Shown here in pieces: positions 17,829-27,130 of a stretch of DNA of 64,000 nt (position 1 is its first letter; each line of letters begins with the position of its first letter). The DNA lies in the NCBI RefSeq assembly GCF_947497935.1, contig NZ_CANMIO010000017.1, positions 14,561 through 78,560 of the forward strand, written 5' to 3'. Source of the DNA: an uncultured Shewanella sp. (GTDB lineage Bacteria > Pseudomonadota > Gammaproteobacteria > Enterobacterales > Shewanellaceae). Below the pieces are notes generated by a model. That model ran no database searches, had not been told where the DNA came from, and saw only the letters and a list, made by a program, of their open reading frames with translations. A program made the position numbers and the translations under genes.

Positions 17829-18449
17829 ATGATGCAGAGATCACATTTTGCCATCTCCGTCAGCCATTTATACCCATGGAGTATTCTGATGAGAAACCTA
17901 GAACTATTTAGCACAGCTTCAATCGATCACTTGATGTGGTCACAAAAAGAGTATTCAGCTAACCTCAACTCCCCTGCTCTATCTATTTTTACTGATTTTG
18001 ACCATTCTCAGCCTATGGTTATAGACTCATCCGCTAGCGCGGTAGATACCGCAGACATAATGGTGAAGACTCATGCGTTTATGCGACTCGTCGTCGATAA
18101 AAGTAACCGTTTTCTCGGCATTATCACTCAGTATGAGTTATCTCATAGTAAGATGATGAAATTAGCGACCAAAAACTCGGGACATATTTCCGATCTTCAG
18201 GTGACAGATATGATGGTGCCACGAGAAGACTTAATGGCATTAGACTACCATCAAGTGACGACTGCCGATGTCAGCGATGTTGTCCGAGCATTACAAGAGA
18301 ATGGCCTGCACCACATGTTAGTCATCGACCATGAACTGCATCATATTAGAGGTTTAATTGCCGCCAATGATGTGGCAAGAAAGCTGAATATCCCGATTGA
18401 TATTCAGCAGCCGCCATCATTTATCCAGATTTTCAAGGCTACGAGGTAG
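17829..18449 (+). CDS. CBS domain protein
   Basis: Tandem CBS-like segments (LVVDKSNRFLGII; VIDHELHHIRGLI); likely start at 17889. Confidence 0.85.
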   Translation: MMQRSHFAISVSHLYPWSILMRNLELFSTASIDHLMWSQKEYSANLNSPALSIFTDFDHSQPMVIDSSASAVDTADIMVKTHAFMRLVVDKSNRFLGIITQYELSHSKMMKLATKNSGHISDLQVTDMMVPREDLMALDYHQVTTADVSDVVRALQENGLHHMLVIDHELHHIRGLIAANDVARKLNIPIDIQQPPSFIQIFKATR

Positions 18450-18569
18450 CTCTAGTTGGCTAATTTTCAGCAGCCAAATTGAATCGTTGTTTGGGTATCT
18501 GAGAGTATCTGACTACAAAAAAGCCTGAATGTAATAACACTCAGGCTTTTGTATCTCACGATAGCGAAT

Positions 18570-20096
18570 TTATACCGCTTTAAGTAAATATGATTCAAGC
18601 TCTCTAACAGGTAATGCCTTCGAATAAAGCCAGCCCTGCTGCAGATTAACGCCAAGTACTTTTAAAATATCAGCCTGAGCCAAGGTTTCCACTCCTTCGG
18701 CAATAACACTAATATTTAATTCTTTAGCAATCGCAATATATGACTCAATTAGAGACAGTTTGCTTTCGGGGGTTCCTAAGTGACCAACGAATTGCTGATC
18801 GATTTTCAGATAATCAAAATCCAAATTCTGCAAACATAGACTACCACTATAGCCAGTCCCTACATCATCTAATTTGACCTTACATCCTAGTGCTTGGCAT
18901 GCTTGAATAAAGTCTTCAAGTTGCTGCCAGTTATTCATAGGCATCCGTTCAGTCAACTCAAAACTCAAGTATTCTACCGGATAGCCCTCTTGCACTAACT
19001 CCTGTAAAAACGGCAACATCTGGCCCTGTTCGATTTCAGCTGCGCTGACATTGATACTGCACCAGCCTATAAGCTTGCCATCTAATTGCTCTTTAAGTTC
19101 ACTCAAGGCAGTTTTAACCACCCAACGAGTGACCTCGGACATAATAGGGTCGTTCTCAAGGATCCCGATAAACTCTCCGGTATTGCGAGTGGTGCCATCG
19201 GGCTTCGACCACCTTAATAACACCTCAACACCAAAGATAGTGAGTTTGTCAGTATCAAAAATAGGTTGATAGGCGAGATAAAACTCCCTTCGACTCAATG
19301 CTGCAACAAATAGACGATGCCAGTAATATTGAGTGACTATCCCCCTAAGAAAATACCAACCGCTAATAAACACACTAAAGAGTACAACGGTGGCTAAAAA
19401 ATACGTACTCCATAACAAAGCCTTGGCATAATAACTGACAAAAAAACGGTATTTCAGCCCGGTTCTTTCAGAGGTGAACTCTAAAGTCCCCCAATTTAAA
19501 TCGTGCTGGTTAACTCTAAAAAGTTCATTGTTATCATCAAGCTGGATACTGATGCCACCACAAACCAAACAATGTTCTAGCACATTTTGTATATTAGGTA
19601 ACACATCAATACCAATAAACCAACGATATTGGTCTGTGTATCGTCCAACATAAATGAGCTTCTTCGCATTCAGATTACGACCCGCTTCCATTTGATAGAT
19701 GTGCATTCCATTTTCCAAGGAATCTATCACGCGATAATATTGTGGTCTTGGTAACGGAGAAGCGCCTAATGCGGAGCAAATAAGCTCTTTATCGTTAAAC
19801 TGCACCCAAACAATCGCTTGCCCTTCTGAAGTTAAGATATACTCCTTAAGCGTATCCACCACCTCTATTGAGCAACTATTTGCTTCTACTTTTTGTAGGC
19901 GCTTATTGACCGCCATTAAACTGCGATTCGCGGCTTCTAGATTTTTTTGATAATAGTTATCAAATTCAGCGACTCTGGCCTCTAATCTTATATAAATATC
20001 GCACTGGGTCAGAATATAAGAGCTGACTCCACACAGCATAAACAAGGCAAAAATAAGCCAAGAGACATGTCGTTGGTTTAAGAATTGGCTAAGCAT
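18570..20096 (-). CDS. Membrane-bound c-di-GMP phosphodiesterase (CSS-like periplasmic domain plus EAL)
   Basis: Two TM segments, periplasmic SCS and LICS cysteines; YQPI, EVLLRW, ELTE, DDVGTGYS, KID, EGVET. Confidence 0.9.
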   Translation of the reverse strand: MLSQFLNQRHVSWLIFALFMLCGVSSYILTQCDIYIRLEARVAEFDNYYQKNLEAANRSLMAVNKRLQKVEANSCSIEVVDTLKEYILTSEGQAIVWVQFNDKELICSALGASPLPRPQYYRVIDSLENGMHIYQMEAGRNLNAKKLIYVGRYTDQYRWFIGIDVLPNIQNVLEHCLVCGGISIQLDDNNELFRVNQHDLNWGTLEFTSERTGLKYRFFVSYYAKALLWSTYFLATVVLFSVFISGWYFLRGIVTQYYWHRLFVAALSRREFYLAYQPIFDTDKLTIFGVEVLLRWSKPDGTTRNTGEFIGILENDPIMSEVTRWVVKTALSELKEQLDGKLIGWCSINVSAAEIEQGQMLPFLQELVQEGYPVEYLSFELTERMPMNNWQQLEDFIQACQALGCKVKLDDVGTGYSGSLCLQNLDFDYLKIDQQFVGHLGTPESKLSLIESYIAIAKELNISVIAEGVETLAQADILKVLGVNLQQGWLYSKALPVRELESYLLKAV

Positions 20097-20100
20097 ATCG

Positions 20101-20829
20101 CTATGCTTTCACAGATTGAAAGCTGCTAAACGGTAGAGTTAACCAAGTAGTATTACACTCATCAGCAGAGATCCCTGACAGAATGAGAGAAAAACCTCTC
20201 TCTCTCATTGTAAATAATGAGTCGACTATTTCATTATCCTTTTGACTATTTAATGCTTTCTTCAAGTCTTGACTATCAAACATTAAGTAATCAAATGGAT
20301 AGAGCGTCTGTAAGTTTTCATCAAACCTACAGACCAGACAAAATTTAATTCCAGCATCATTCAAGAGGTATTTAACCTGAGGTGTGTATAGACTGAAATC
20401 TTTGCAACCATTGTTCAGTATTATCACTAACTTCATTTCTAATCGACGTAAAACAGCGGCTAATGAAATCAAAGCTTTAATCACTGCAGAATCCAACAGA
20501 TAAATACGCTCTATAGCCAGAAATATTTGGCCATTTTGCTGTTTTATATTGCTATCTTGGTCCAAGCGAACACTCAGACTCCTGAGCATACTTTCCAACT
20601 CATGAATATGGGTAAGGTAATAATGAGGTAAAGGGCGATACTCAAGTTGCTCTTCTAACCAGATTGATTTTATCTCTACCCCGCAAAGTGAGCCTTTTCG
20701 GTCACGGATATGACTCACACAAAAGTGATATAAACATGCTTTCCCAGCATTACTTTCTCTATCTAAAGAGCAGTTCTGCTTTAGCGCTCCACTTGCTTGT
20801 ATACAACTATGATTGAAAATACAGCTCAT
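20101..20829 (-). CDS. Degenerate stand-alone EAL-like protein (YdiV/RflP-like)
   Basis: HIRDRKGSLCGVEIK resembles the EAL N-terminal strand, but catalytic motifs are absent; ends 4 bp before the EAL gene. Confidence 0.5.
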   Translation of the reverse strand: MSCIFNHSCIQASGALKQNCSLDRESNAGKACLYHFCVSHIRDRKGSLCGVEIKSIWLEEQLEYRPLPHYYLTHIHELESMLRSLSVRLDQDSNIKQQNGQIFLAIERIYLLDSAVIKALISLAAVLRRLEMKLVIILNNGCKDFSLYTPQVKYLLNDAGIKFCLVCRFDENLQTLYPFDYLMFDSQDLKKALNSQKDNEIVDSLFTMRERGFSLILSGISADECNTTWLTLPFSSFQSVKA

Positions 20830-21281
20830 CTAAAAGTTTCTGATTTAAAATGAATAAAGAGCCAATCGCTCAAATAGGGGCGCGAATTTACGCCTATTTG
20901 AAGATAAACTCAACAACTATCTAGTATAAAAACCAAACAGCCGTATAAATTTTACAATAGAAAAACTAATGCTTATTACTTTCTATATATTCAAACTGAT
21001 AGTCACAAAGAAGCAGGCCTTATAAACCATAGGATCCATGCTGCATAGGAGTGGTGATAATGGCGCTACCTTAGCCTTTGAAGGAGGACGTTAATGGCAA
21101 ATCAATTACCGAGTCGTAATGATTCAAACTTAATATCAGCGTAGCCCGACCACCGACTGACGCAAATAAAAATCACAATGCCCCAGCGTTCTATCCATAA
21201 CTAAGGACAGCTAAATGCTGATATCAATTCTGCCGAATACTATCAATGACAGGCAGCATTGAATCGACTGTCACTAAAGAA

Positions 21282-21337
21282 TTAGCGTTAAATGACTAGT
21301 GCTAATCCTTTAGTGCTAAATGATTAACGTTAAATGA
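21282..21337. repeat. Four degenerate 14-bp tandem repeats
   Basis: TTAGCGTTAAATGA, CTAGTGCTAATCCT, TTAGTGCTAAATGA, TTAACGTTAAATGA. Confidence 0.75.
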
Positions 21338-21494
21338 TTTACGTGCTAGCTTGTAAAGAGCTGAGGCAAATAACAGGCTATATTTAGGTTAGCAACAAGA
21401 CATGATTTTAGTTTGCGTCACAGTATTATTTAACGTTATTCTGGGTGAGTTAGCGTTATGTAGATCTTAGCCTGAAATCATACATCCCTGACCT

Positions 21495-22508
21495 TTGAGG
21501 AGTCATGCTTTGACCTTCTTATCGAATTCGCAAACGCTGAGCAGATTAAGCTTAGCGAGCCTACTTATCTGTGCTCCCTTTTCCTCCTATGCCGATCAAT
21601 GGCACTTAAGTTTTGATAACGATGTGGTGATTGGCCAAGATGGCGATTACTCCAATGGTTTCGTTTTTGGTTGGCAAGCTCTTCCTCAAGCTGATTTTAC
21701 CCAAGCTCCTTGGCCATTTAGCTGGCAACAGAAATTACAATTCTCAAGCCAGAGTAAGACGGTGCAATGGGGAGCCAAGATCTACCAAAGAATGTGGACC
21801 CCGAGTGAAATTGAATATGATTACCCCCAGCCAAATGATCGTCCCTATGCGGGCCTACTCGAACTAGAAAGCTTTACCGGCAGTTATAATGAAACTTTCG
21901 CACAAAAAAACTGGTTTAGCATTGGCGTTATTGGCCCTGCATCTGGTGCGCAAACCATGCAGGAGTGGGTTCATAGGATCACCCCGTCGACTCTTCCTCA
22001 AGGTTGGCAATATCAAGTCGAGAATCAACTCACTCTGCAACTGGCTTACGAAGCAGATGTACTGGCATTACGTCGAGATGCGACAGATGATAGCCAATGG
22101 GAACTCAGTGGCTATAGCCATAGCATGCTGGGTAATTTCCGCTCTGAGGCAAATCTAGGTTTTACATTGCGCTGGGGAGATGACTTAGCCGAGTCATTTG
22201 GTCAACTCAGTAGTCATGCAGGTCATTATGGTCAATTCAGTGCTACAGCACGCACTGATGGAAGTTGGACTGTATATGCTCGGGCGCAAGCAGGGTATCG
22301 CTTTAACGATCTCAGCATCGACGGTGATGTGCCCTACGACTCTTATGTGCAAATGAAACATCAACAAGCCAGAGCCAGCACAGGCGTGATTTGGGCGTTT
22401 CCCACTTGGTCTGTCAGTTGGAGTTTTGAGGTTTACACTCCTGAGTATGAACCGGATCCAAACCGATGGCATGGTTATGGTGTGCTGAGTTACAGCTTTG
22501 TGCTATAA
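21495..22508 (+). CDS. LpxR/DUF2219 family outer-membrane beta-barrel (lipid A deacylase-like)
   Basis: Signal peptide; FDND...DGDYSNG; QRMWTP; DRPYAG; GVIGPAS. Confidence 0.85.
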   Translation: MRSHALTFLSNSQTLSRLSLASLLICAPFSSYADQWHLSFDNDVVIGQDGDYSNGFVFGWQALPQADFTQAPWPFSWQQKLQFSSQSKTVQWGAKIYQRMWTPSEIEYDYPQPNDRPYAGLLELESFTGSYNETFAQKNWFSIGVIGPASGAQTMQEWVHRITPSTLPQGWQYQVENQLTLQLAYEADVLALRRDATDDSQWELSGYSHSMLGNFRSEANLGFTLRWGDDLAESFGQLSSHAGHYGQFSATARTDGSWTVYARAQAGYRFNDLSIDGDVPYDSYVQMKHQQARASTGVIWAFPTWSVSWSFEVYTPEYEPDPNRWHGYGVLSYSFVL

Positions 22509-22513
22509 CAAAA

Positions 22514-22554
22514 ATAGAAGATAGAAGATAGAAGATAGAAGATAGAAGATAGAA
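22514..22554. repeat. Heptamer tandem repeat (ATAGAAG, about 5.9 copies) between convergent genes
   Basis: Directly visible. Confidence 0.95.
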
Positions 22555-22615
22555 TAACAATGTGAGATAAGAGATAAGCTCAAATATGTAAACTTATCTC
22601 AGGATCGCACAAGGC

Positions 22616-23437
22616 TCAAAAACTAAAGGCCCAACCTAGCTGTGGGCCTTTTTCAATGAAGTCCATCTCATACTGCACGCCATCGACCTCACTGTCGTTA
22701 CCTATCTGCAAATAACGATAACCAACCCAAACATTATGTAGATCCCCGAAACGGTATAACGCCGCAGCATTAAAGCCGTAATCCCTGTCGTTATCACCAT
22801 AGATTTTAGTGTCGGCGCCTACCGAAAGCCCCCAAGACTCAGTGAGCCAGTAGCGGTAGGTCACCCCCACTAACCAGTCAAAAAGGTGTTCATCGGCAAT
22901 GGGGACTTGTGCATTAATGTTAATAAGTCCATCGTCGCTCAGAGGCTTAATATTCAGATCGATTTTGCTAAACACATGGCGTACGCCGGTAAACAATCGA
23001 AAACCCGGCGTCACTTCATAGCCTGCTAGAAAGTCATTAACGGCTAAGTGCATGTCGGTTTCAATATTATGTCCAGGTGAGATAATACCGCCAGTGATAG
23101 GCCCCTTAAGACCCTCTGTTTGGCTATCGCTTTTAACTCTTAAATAGTTAACCCTAAGGCTATAGAGCCAATCTCCTTTTTGTGCGTAAAGCTCCCCAAT
23201 CACACCGAAGTTAAGGTTATCAATGATACTTTTGAAAGGGACATCGATATCGACTCTGTCTGCATCGGCAGCAATAGAGCCTGAAATATCAGGTGCCCAA
23301 ACCATGGGAAAGGCAATTAAATAGTTCCACCCATCATTGCTCTCGTCATAAGAGTCGGGGCCAATCTCGTACTCTTCATTGGCAAAGGCTGCAGAATGGA
23401 TGGCCAACATAAGTAATACAGTAATAGGTATCTTCAC
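22616..23437 (-). CDS. Putative outer-membrane beta-barrel protein
   Basis: GTG start at 23437 after AAGGGAG; signal peptide; alternating beta-strand pattern; C-terminal Phe (WAFSF). Confidence 0.75.
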   Translation of the reverse strand: MKIPITVLLMLAIHSAAFANEEYEIGPDSYDESNDGWNYLIAFPMVWAPDISGSIAADADRVDIDVPFKSIIDNLNFGVIGELYAQKGDWLYSLRVNYLRVKSDSQTEGLKGPITGGIISPGHNIETDMHLAVNDFLAGYEVTPGFRLFTGVRHVFSKIDLNIKPLSDDGLININAQVPIADEHLFDWLVGVTYRYWLTESWGLSVGADTKIYGDNDRDYGFNAAALYRFGDLHNVWVGYRYLQIGNDSEVDGVQYEMDFIEKGPQLGWAFSF

Positions 23438-23471
23438 CAACAATACTCCCTTAACCATAAGCGCCAAAATG

Positions 23472-25681
23472 CTATTCCACCCAACGCAGCACATCCTTTA
23501 TTACCGACCAGCGGGGCTCTTGAGGCTTGGCATTCTCACCTAAAATCCAATAGCCGTAGAGTTTGTCTACATAACCTGATGACTTTTGCAGTTCCAGCCA
23601 GCTATTTAAAAAGGTTTGCAACGAGGCATTGTCAAGAGCCACCGCGTAAGACGCAGGAAAGGACTTAATCTCTTTACGATTATAAAGTGTGGTGTACTCT
23701 GGATATAAGATGGTCCAGGTTTTACCCGCTTCGAGACTTATCATAAGCCCATCCCAAGTCTTGCCGCCATCTTCAAAAAACAATCGGTCTGACTCAATGG
23801 TCTCAAACTCGATATTGGGAAACTTCTCCTCTAACTTGGGGATAATAGAATAACGCCCTACTGTGGCAATTCTGATCTGGTCGGCCTCTCGGATTAACTT
23901 GTCGGTTTTGAATTCATCAACCCGATGATCTTTCACCACAAATGCATAGTGCAAGTCGAGCACTGGAGTAGTAAAACCCACCAGCTCGATTCGCTTGGTT
24001 GTCATCTGCAAACCCGATATGGCAATATCAAACTGCCCTTGATTGATCCCCTCTAATACATTGGTAAAGGTATAAGGTACAAATGCGATTTTAAGCTCTA
24101 GTTCTAACGCTAATTTTTTCATTAGCTCAACATCGAACCCAACAAGCTGATGCTCTGCATTATAAAAAGAGAAAGGGACTTGAGTCGGATTATACCCCAC
24201 TCTTAGCACACCACTTTCTCTAATCTGTTGCATGTTGCGAGGCCCATCCGCTTCGGCTAAGTCAGCCCAGTTATAAGCAGTGACTTGATCAGGCACTTTC
24301 TCTGCCGCACTCATCTGCGCGACGACTTCATCCATCTCATACTCTGTATTGACGATAGAGCTTAATAACCAGCTCGTTGCCAGTAAACTCACACCAAACA
24401 CCACAGGGGTGAGTAGGCTAACTATGGCTAATCGCTTCATACTCACCTTAGCAATACCGACCAACATGGCTGTGCCACCAATAGCCAAGATAAAGATATT
24501 CATCGCGGCAAGCAGGGAAGTAAAACGACTGGTGAACAGACTCGAAACCATATACAACTGAAAGAGATCGGAAGAAAGCTCGAGCGAATCAAGCAGCATA
24601 GGAATAGTCAAATAAACACTACCAAACAGGCTCACTAAACCATTTAGTGACATAGGCAAGTAAGTTAAAAAATCCAGTTCCTTACCTGAAAACCAAGCGG
24701 CAAATAACACAAAGACTATGGTGAGTAATTTGCCAAGATTTGGGAAGCTGAACACCACAGGAATAATGATGTTGGCATAGTCATCACTTTGCTGACTGCC
24801 GATATTGTATTTATGAAATAACTCTTTAGTGCGCTCAATTAGAATAGGAATTACGATAAAAATATTACCCGCGGCAAAGGCTGTGATCATCGCATCTTTT
24901 GCAATTCCCGTGATATCTCGATAGGAGAAAGGAGTGATCACCACTAAAATAGCCGGTAATATCCAGTAAGTCAGAATGATGGTCATCACCACATGGGCAA
25001 CAAAATAGACCTGTAGCTTTTGGAACTCATCAAAGTCCATTGTCCCTGCGGTGGCTGCCGTCATCGCAAAGATACCAATAGGCATTAATTTAACGATGCT
25101 TTGTGTCACCTTATTAAACGACTCTCCAAGCAGCTGCATCGGCTTCATAAGCGAGTCTTTGTTATCGATAGAGATCAGTGCAATACCCGTGGCCACACAA
25201 AACAGCACAATCGCAGGGATATAGCTGTTCGATAATGAAAAGAATGGGTTGGACGGAATATAGATATCGAGCAAGTTCACCGAATTAGGATCTTCTAGGG
25301 CAGTTAAGCTAAAAAACTCCCCCGCCTGCCAATCAGGAAAGGTGTATTTAATAAAGTACATACTCAGCAAACCAAGCGCCCAGATCACCAGCATTAGTTT
25401 ACCGACCTTCACCCCCAAAGATTTAGCCTGTTCCATAGTCAGGCTACCAAGGCTCGAGACCAAGGACACTATGATGTAGGGAATAATGGTCATCTGTAGC
25501 AGTTTAATAAATGCATCGCCGATGATAGACATCCACGCCAACATCTCACCAAAAAATAACCCTGCAATAATGCCTGCCGCAAACGACAATAAAACCAGAG
25601 TCGACATGCTCATCTTCTGTTTGGGTTTTTCTTGCTCATTGTGGTTAGCTTCTGGCTCTATGGTATCCGTTTTACTGCTCA
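23472..25681 (-). CDS. Dicarboxylate/amino acid:cation symporter (DAACS) fused to a periplasmic SBP family-3 domain
   Basis: GDAFIKLLQM, PIGIFA N-terminal DAACS pattern; C-terminal GVLRVGY..PFSF...GFDVEL binding domain; likely ATG at 25681. Confidence 0.88.
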
Positions 25682-26856
25682 TTACTGTCTCCGTGTAAAG
25701 CCTGCTGTGATGAAGAGTTACCTTGGCAATCATTTATTGCTTCAAGGTAGCAGGCTAGGTATTGCTCAATTTTAGCCTCTGGATTAAAAAGCTTAGCAGC
25801 CCGCAGCCTACCTGCATGTCCCATCTGCTTTTGCCGCTCCGGCTCAAACAAAATCTGCTCCATGGCCTTAGCCATTGCAATCGCATCATCGGGGTCGAAC
25901 ATAAACCCGGTCTGTCCATCATCTACAACCTCAGGGATCCCATCGACATTACTACTCACCGTCGGAATACCGCAGGCCATCGCTTCAAGCAGTACCATGC
26001 TAAAAGATTCACGATAGCTAGGTTGGATCATGCAATCTGCATTTGGCAGGTAGTGCTCAACATGAGTCACATCCCCCATAAAAGTGACATGTTTTAAAAT
26101 TCCCAGCTTTTCACATTGTTGCTTAATACTATCAATATCAGGCCCGCTGCCGAGCAAGACTAGTCGAGCCTTGACCTTTCGCTGCAACAAGTGAAAGGAG
26201 CGGATCACCGTATCACTGTTCTTTAACGGCCTAAAATTTGATACATGCATAACGATTTTCTCGTCATCTTTCGCCATTTTGCGACGAACGTTAATATCGG
26301 CTAAATCAGGTGAGAAAACGGCTAAATCAATGAAGTTATGGATCACGTCTATCGGCTTTGTCTCATCAAAATGGCTATAGATGTAGTTGCGCTGAAAGTC
26401 CGACACAGTCGTTACTCTGGTGCTTTTATGAATACTGAAGCGATTGAGAGGGTAAAGCGGTTTATCTTGGCCAACGATGGTGACATCAGTGCCATGAATC
26501 GTGGTTACTGTTGGAAATTTATGGGTGGTAATTTCGCCAGCGAGATAGGCACATAGAGAATGGGGGATCGAGTAGTGAGCATGTACAACATCGAGCTTAA
26601 ATTGCTCTACGACTTCAATAATTTTAGCCGTTAATGCAAAGGTATATAGCGGATCAGAAAATAGTGGATAATTAATTGCTTCTACCGAGTGAAAAAATAA
26701 CCTGTCGGAGTCTTCTATTAATTTAAAAGGGCGTACACTCGATATAAAGTGCACTTCATGACCAAGCTTAGCAAGCCCAAGCCCTAATTCTGTTGCCACC
26801 AGCCCTGAACCACCAATACTGGGGTGGCACACTATCCCTATGCGCATCTTCGACAT
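25672..26856 (-). CDS. bshA: BshA-like GT4 glycosyltransferase (GlcNAc-malate synthase family)
   Basis: IGIVCHPSIGGSGLVATELG, HAHYSIPH, TTIHGTD, HVSNFRPLK, ESFSMVLLEAMACG. Confidence 0.8.
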   Translation of the reverse strand: MSKMRIGIVCHPSIGGSGLVATELGLGLAKLGHEVHFISSVRPFKLIEDSDRLFFHSVEAINYPLFSDPLYTFALTAKIIEVVEQFKLDVVHAHYSIPHSLCAYLAGEITTHKFPTVTTIHGTDVTIVGQDKPLYPLNRFSIHKSTRVTTVSDFQRNYIYSHFDETKPIDVIHNFIDLAVFSPDLADINVRRKMAKDDEKIVMHVSNFRPLKNSDTVIRSFHLLQRKVKARLVLLGSGPDIDSIKQQCEKLGILKHVTFMGDVTHVEHYLPNADCMIQPSYRESFSMVLLEAMACGIPTVSSNVDGIPEVVDDGQTGFMFDPDDAIAMAKAMEQILFEPERQKQMGHAGRLRAAKLFNPEAKIEQYLACYLEAINDCQGNSSSQQALHGDSNEQ

Positions 26857-27073
26857 AAATTCCTTACCATCATAAAACAGTTAAAAGAATGTTACAGCTT
26901 AAGAAAACTTAGCACCCTTAATCACTTAAGCCAAGTTAATCATTAATACACTCAGTAAGTTGGCAATATGCACTCGATCTTGTGGTCCTTATTGATTTGC
27001 AAAATGCAAAAGCCCACCTTCAGCCTATCTAGATAAACGAATTAACTAACTGAATAAACAATATAAATTCTAA

Positions 27074-27089
27074 TGGCATAAATTATGCT
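27074..27089 (+). promoter_or_regulatory. Candidate sigma-54 promoter
   Basis: TGGCATAAATTATGCT has GG-N10-GC spacing, about 40 bp before the ATG. Confidence 0.5.
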
Positions 27090-27130
27090 GTTCCCAGTTA
27101 TATTGATTAGCTAACAGCGAGAGATGCATT

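Noticed and set aside
21090-21175. c-di-GMP-I riboswitch (GGCAAA, hairpin, GACGCAAA)
   Set aside because: Spacing and the GNRA loop/receptor do not fit; GACGCAAA is far from the first stem
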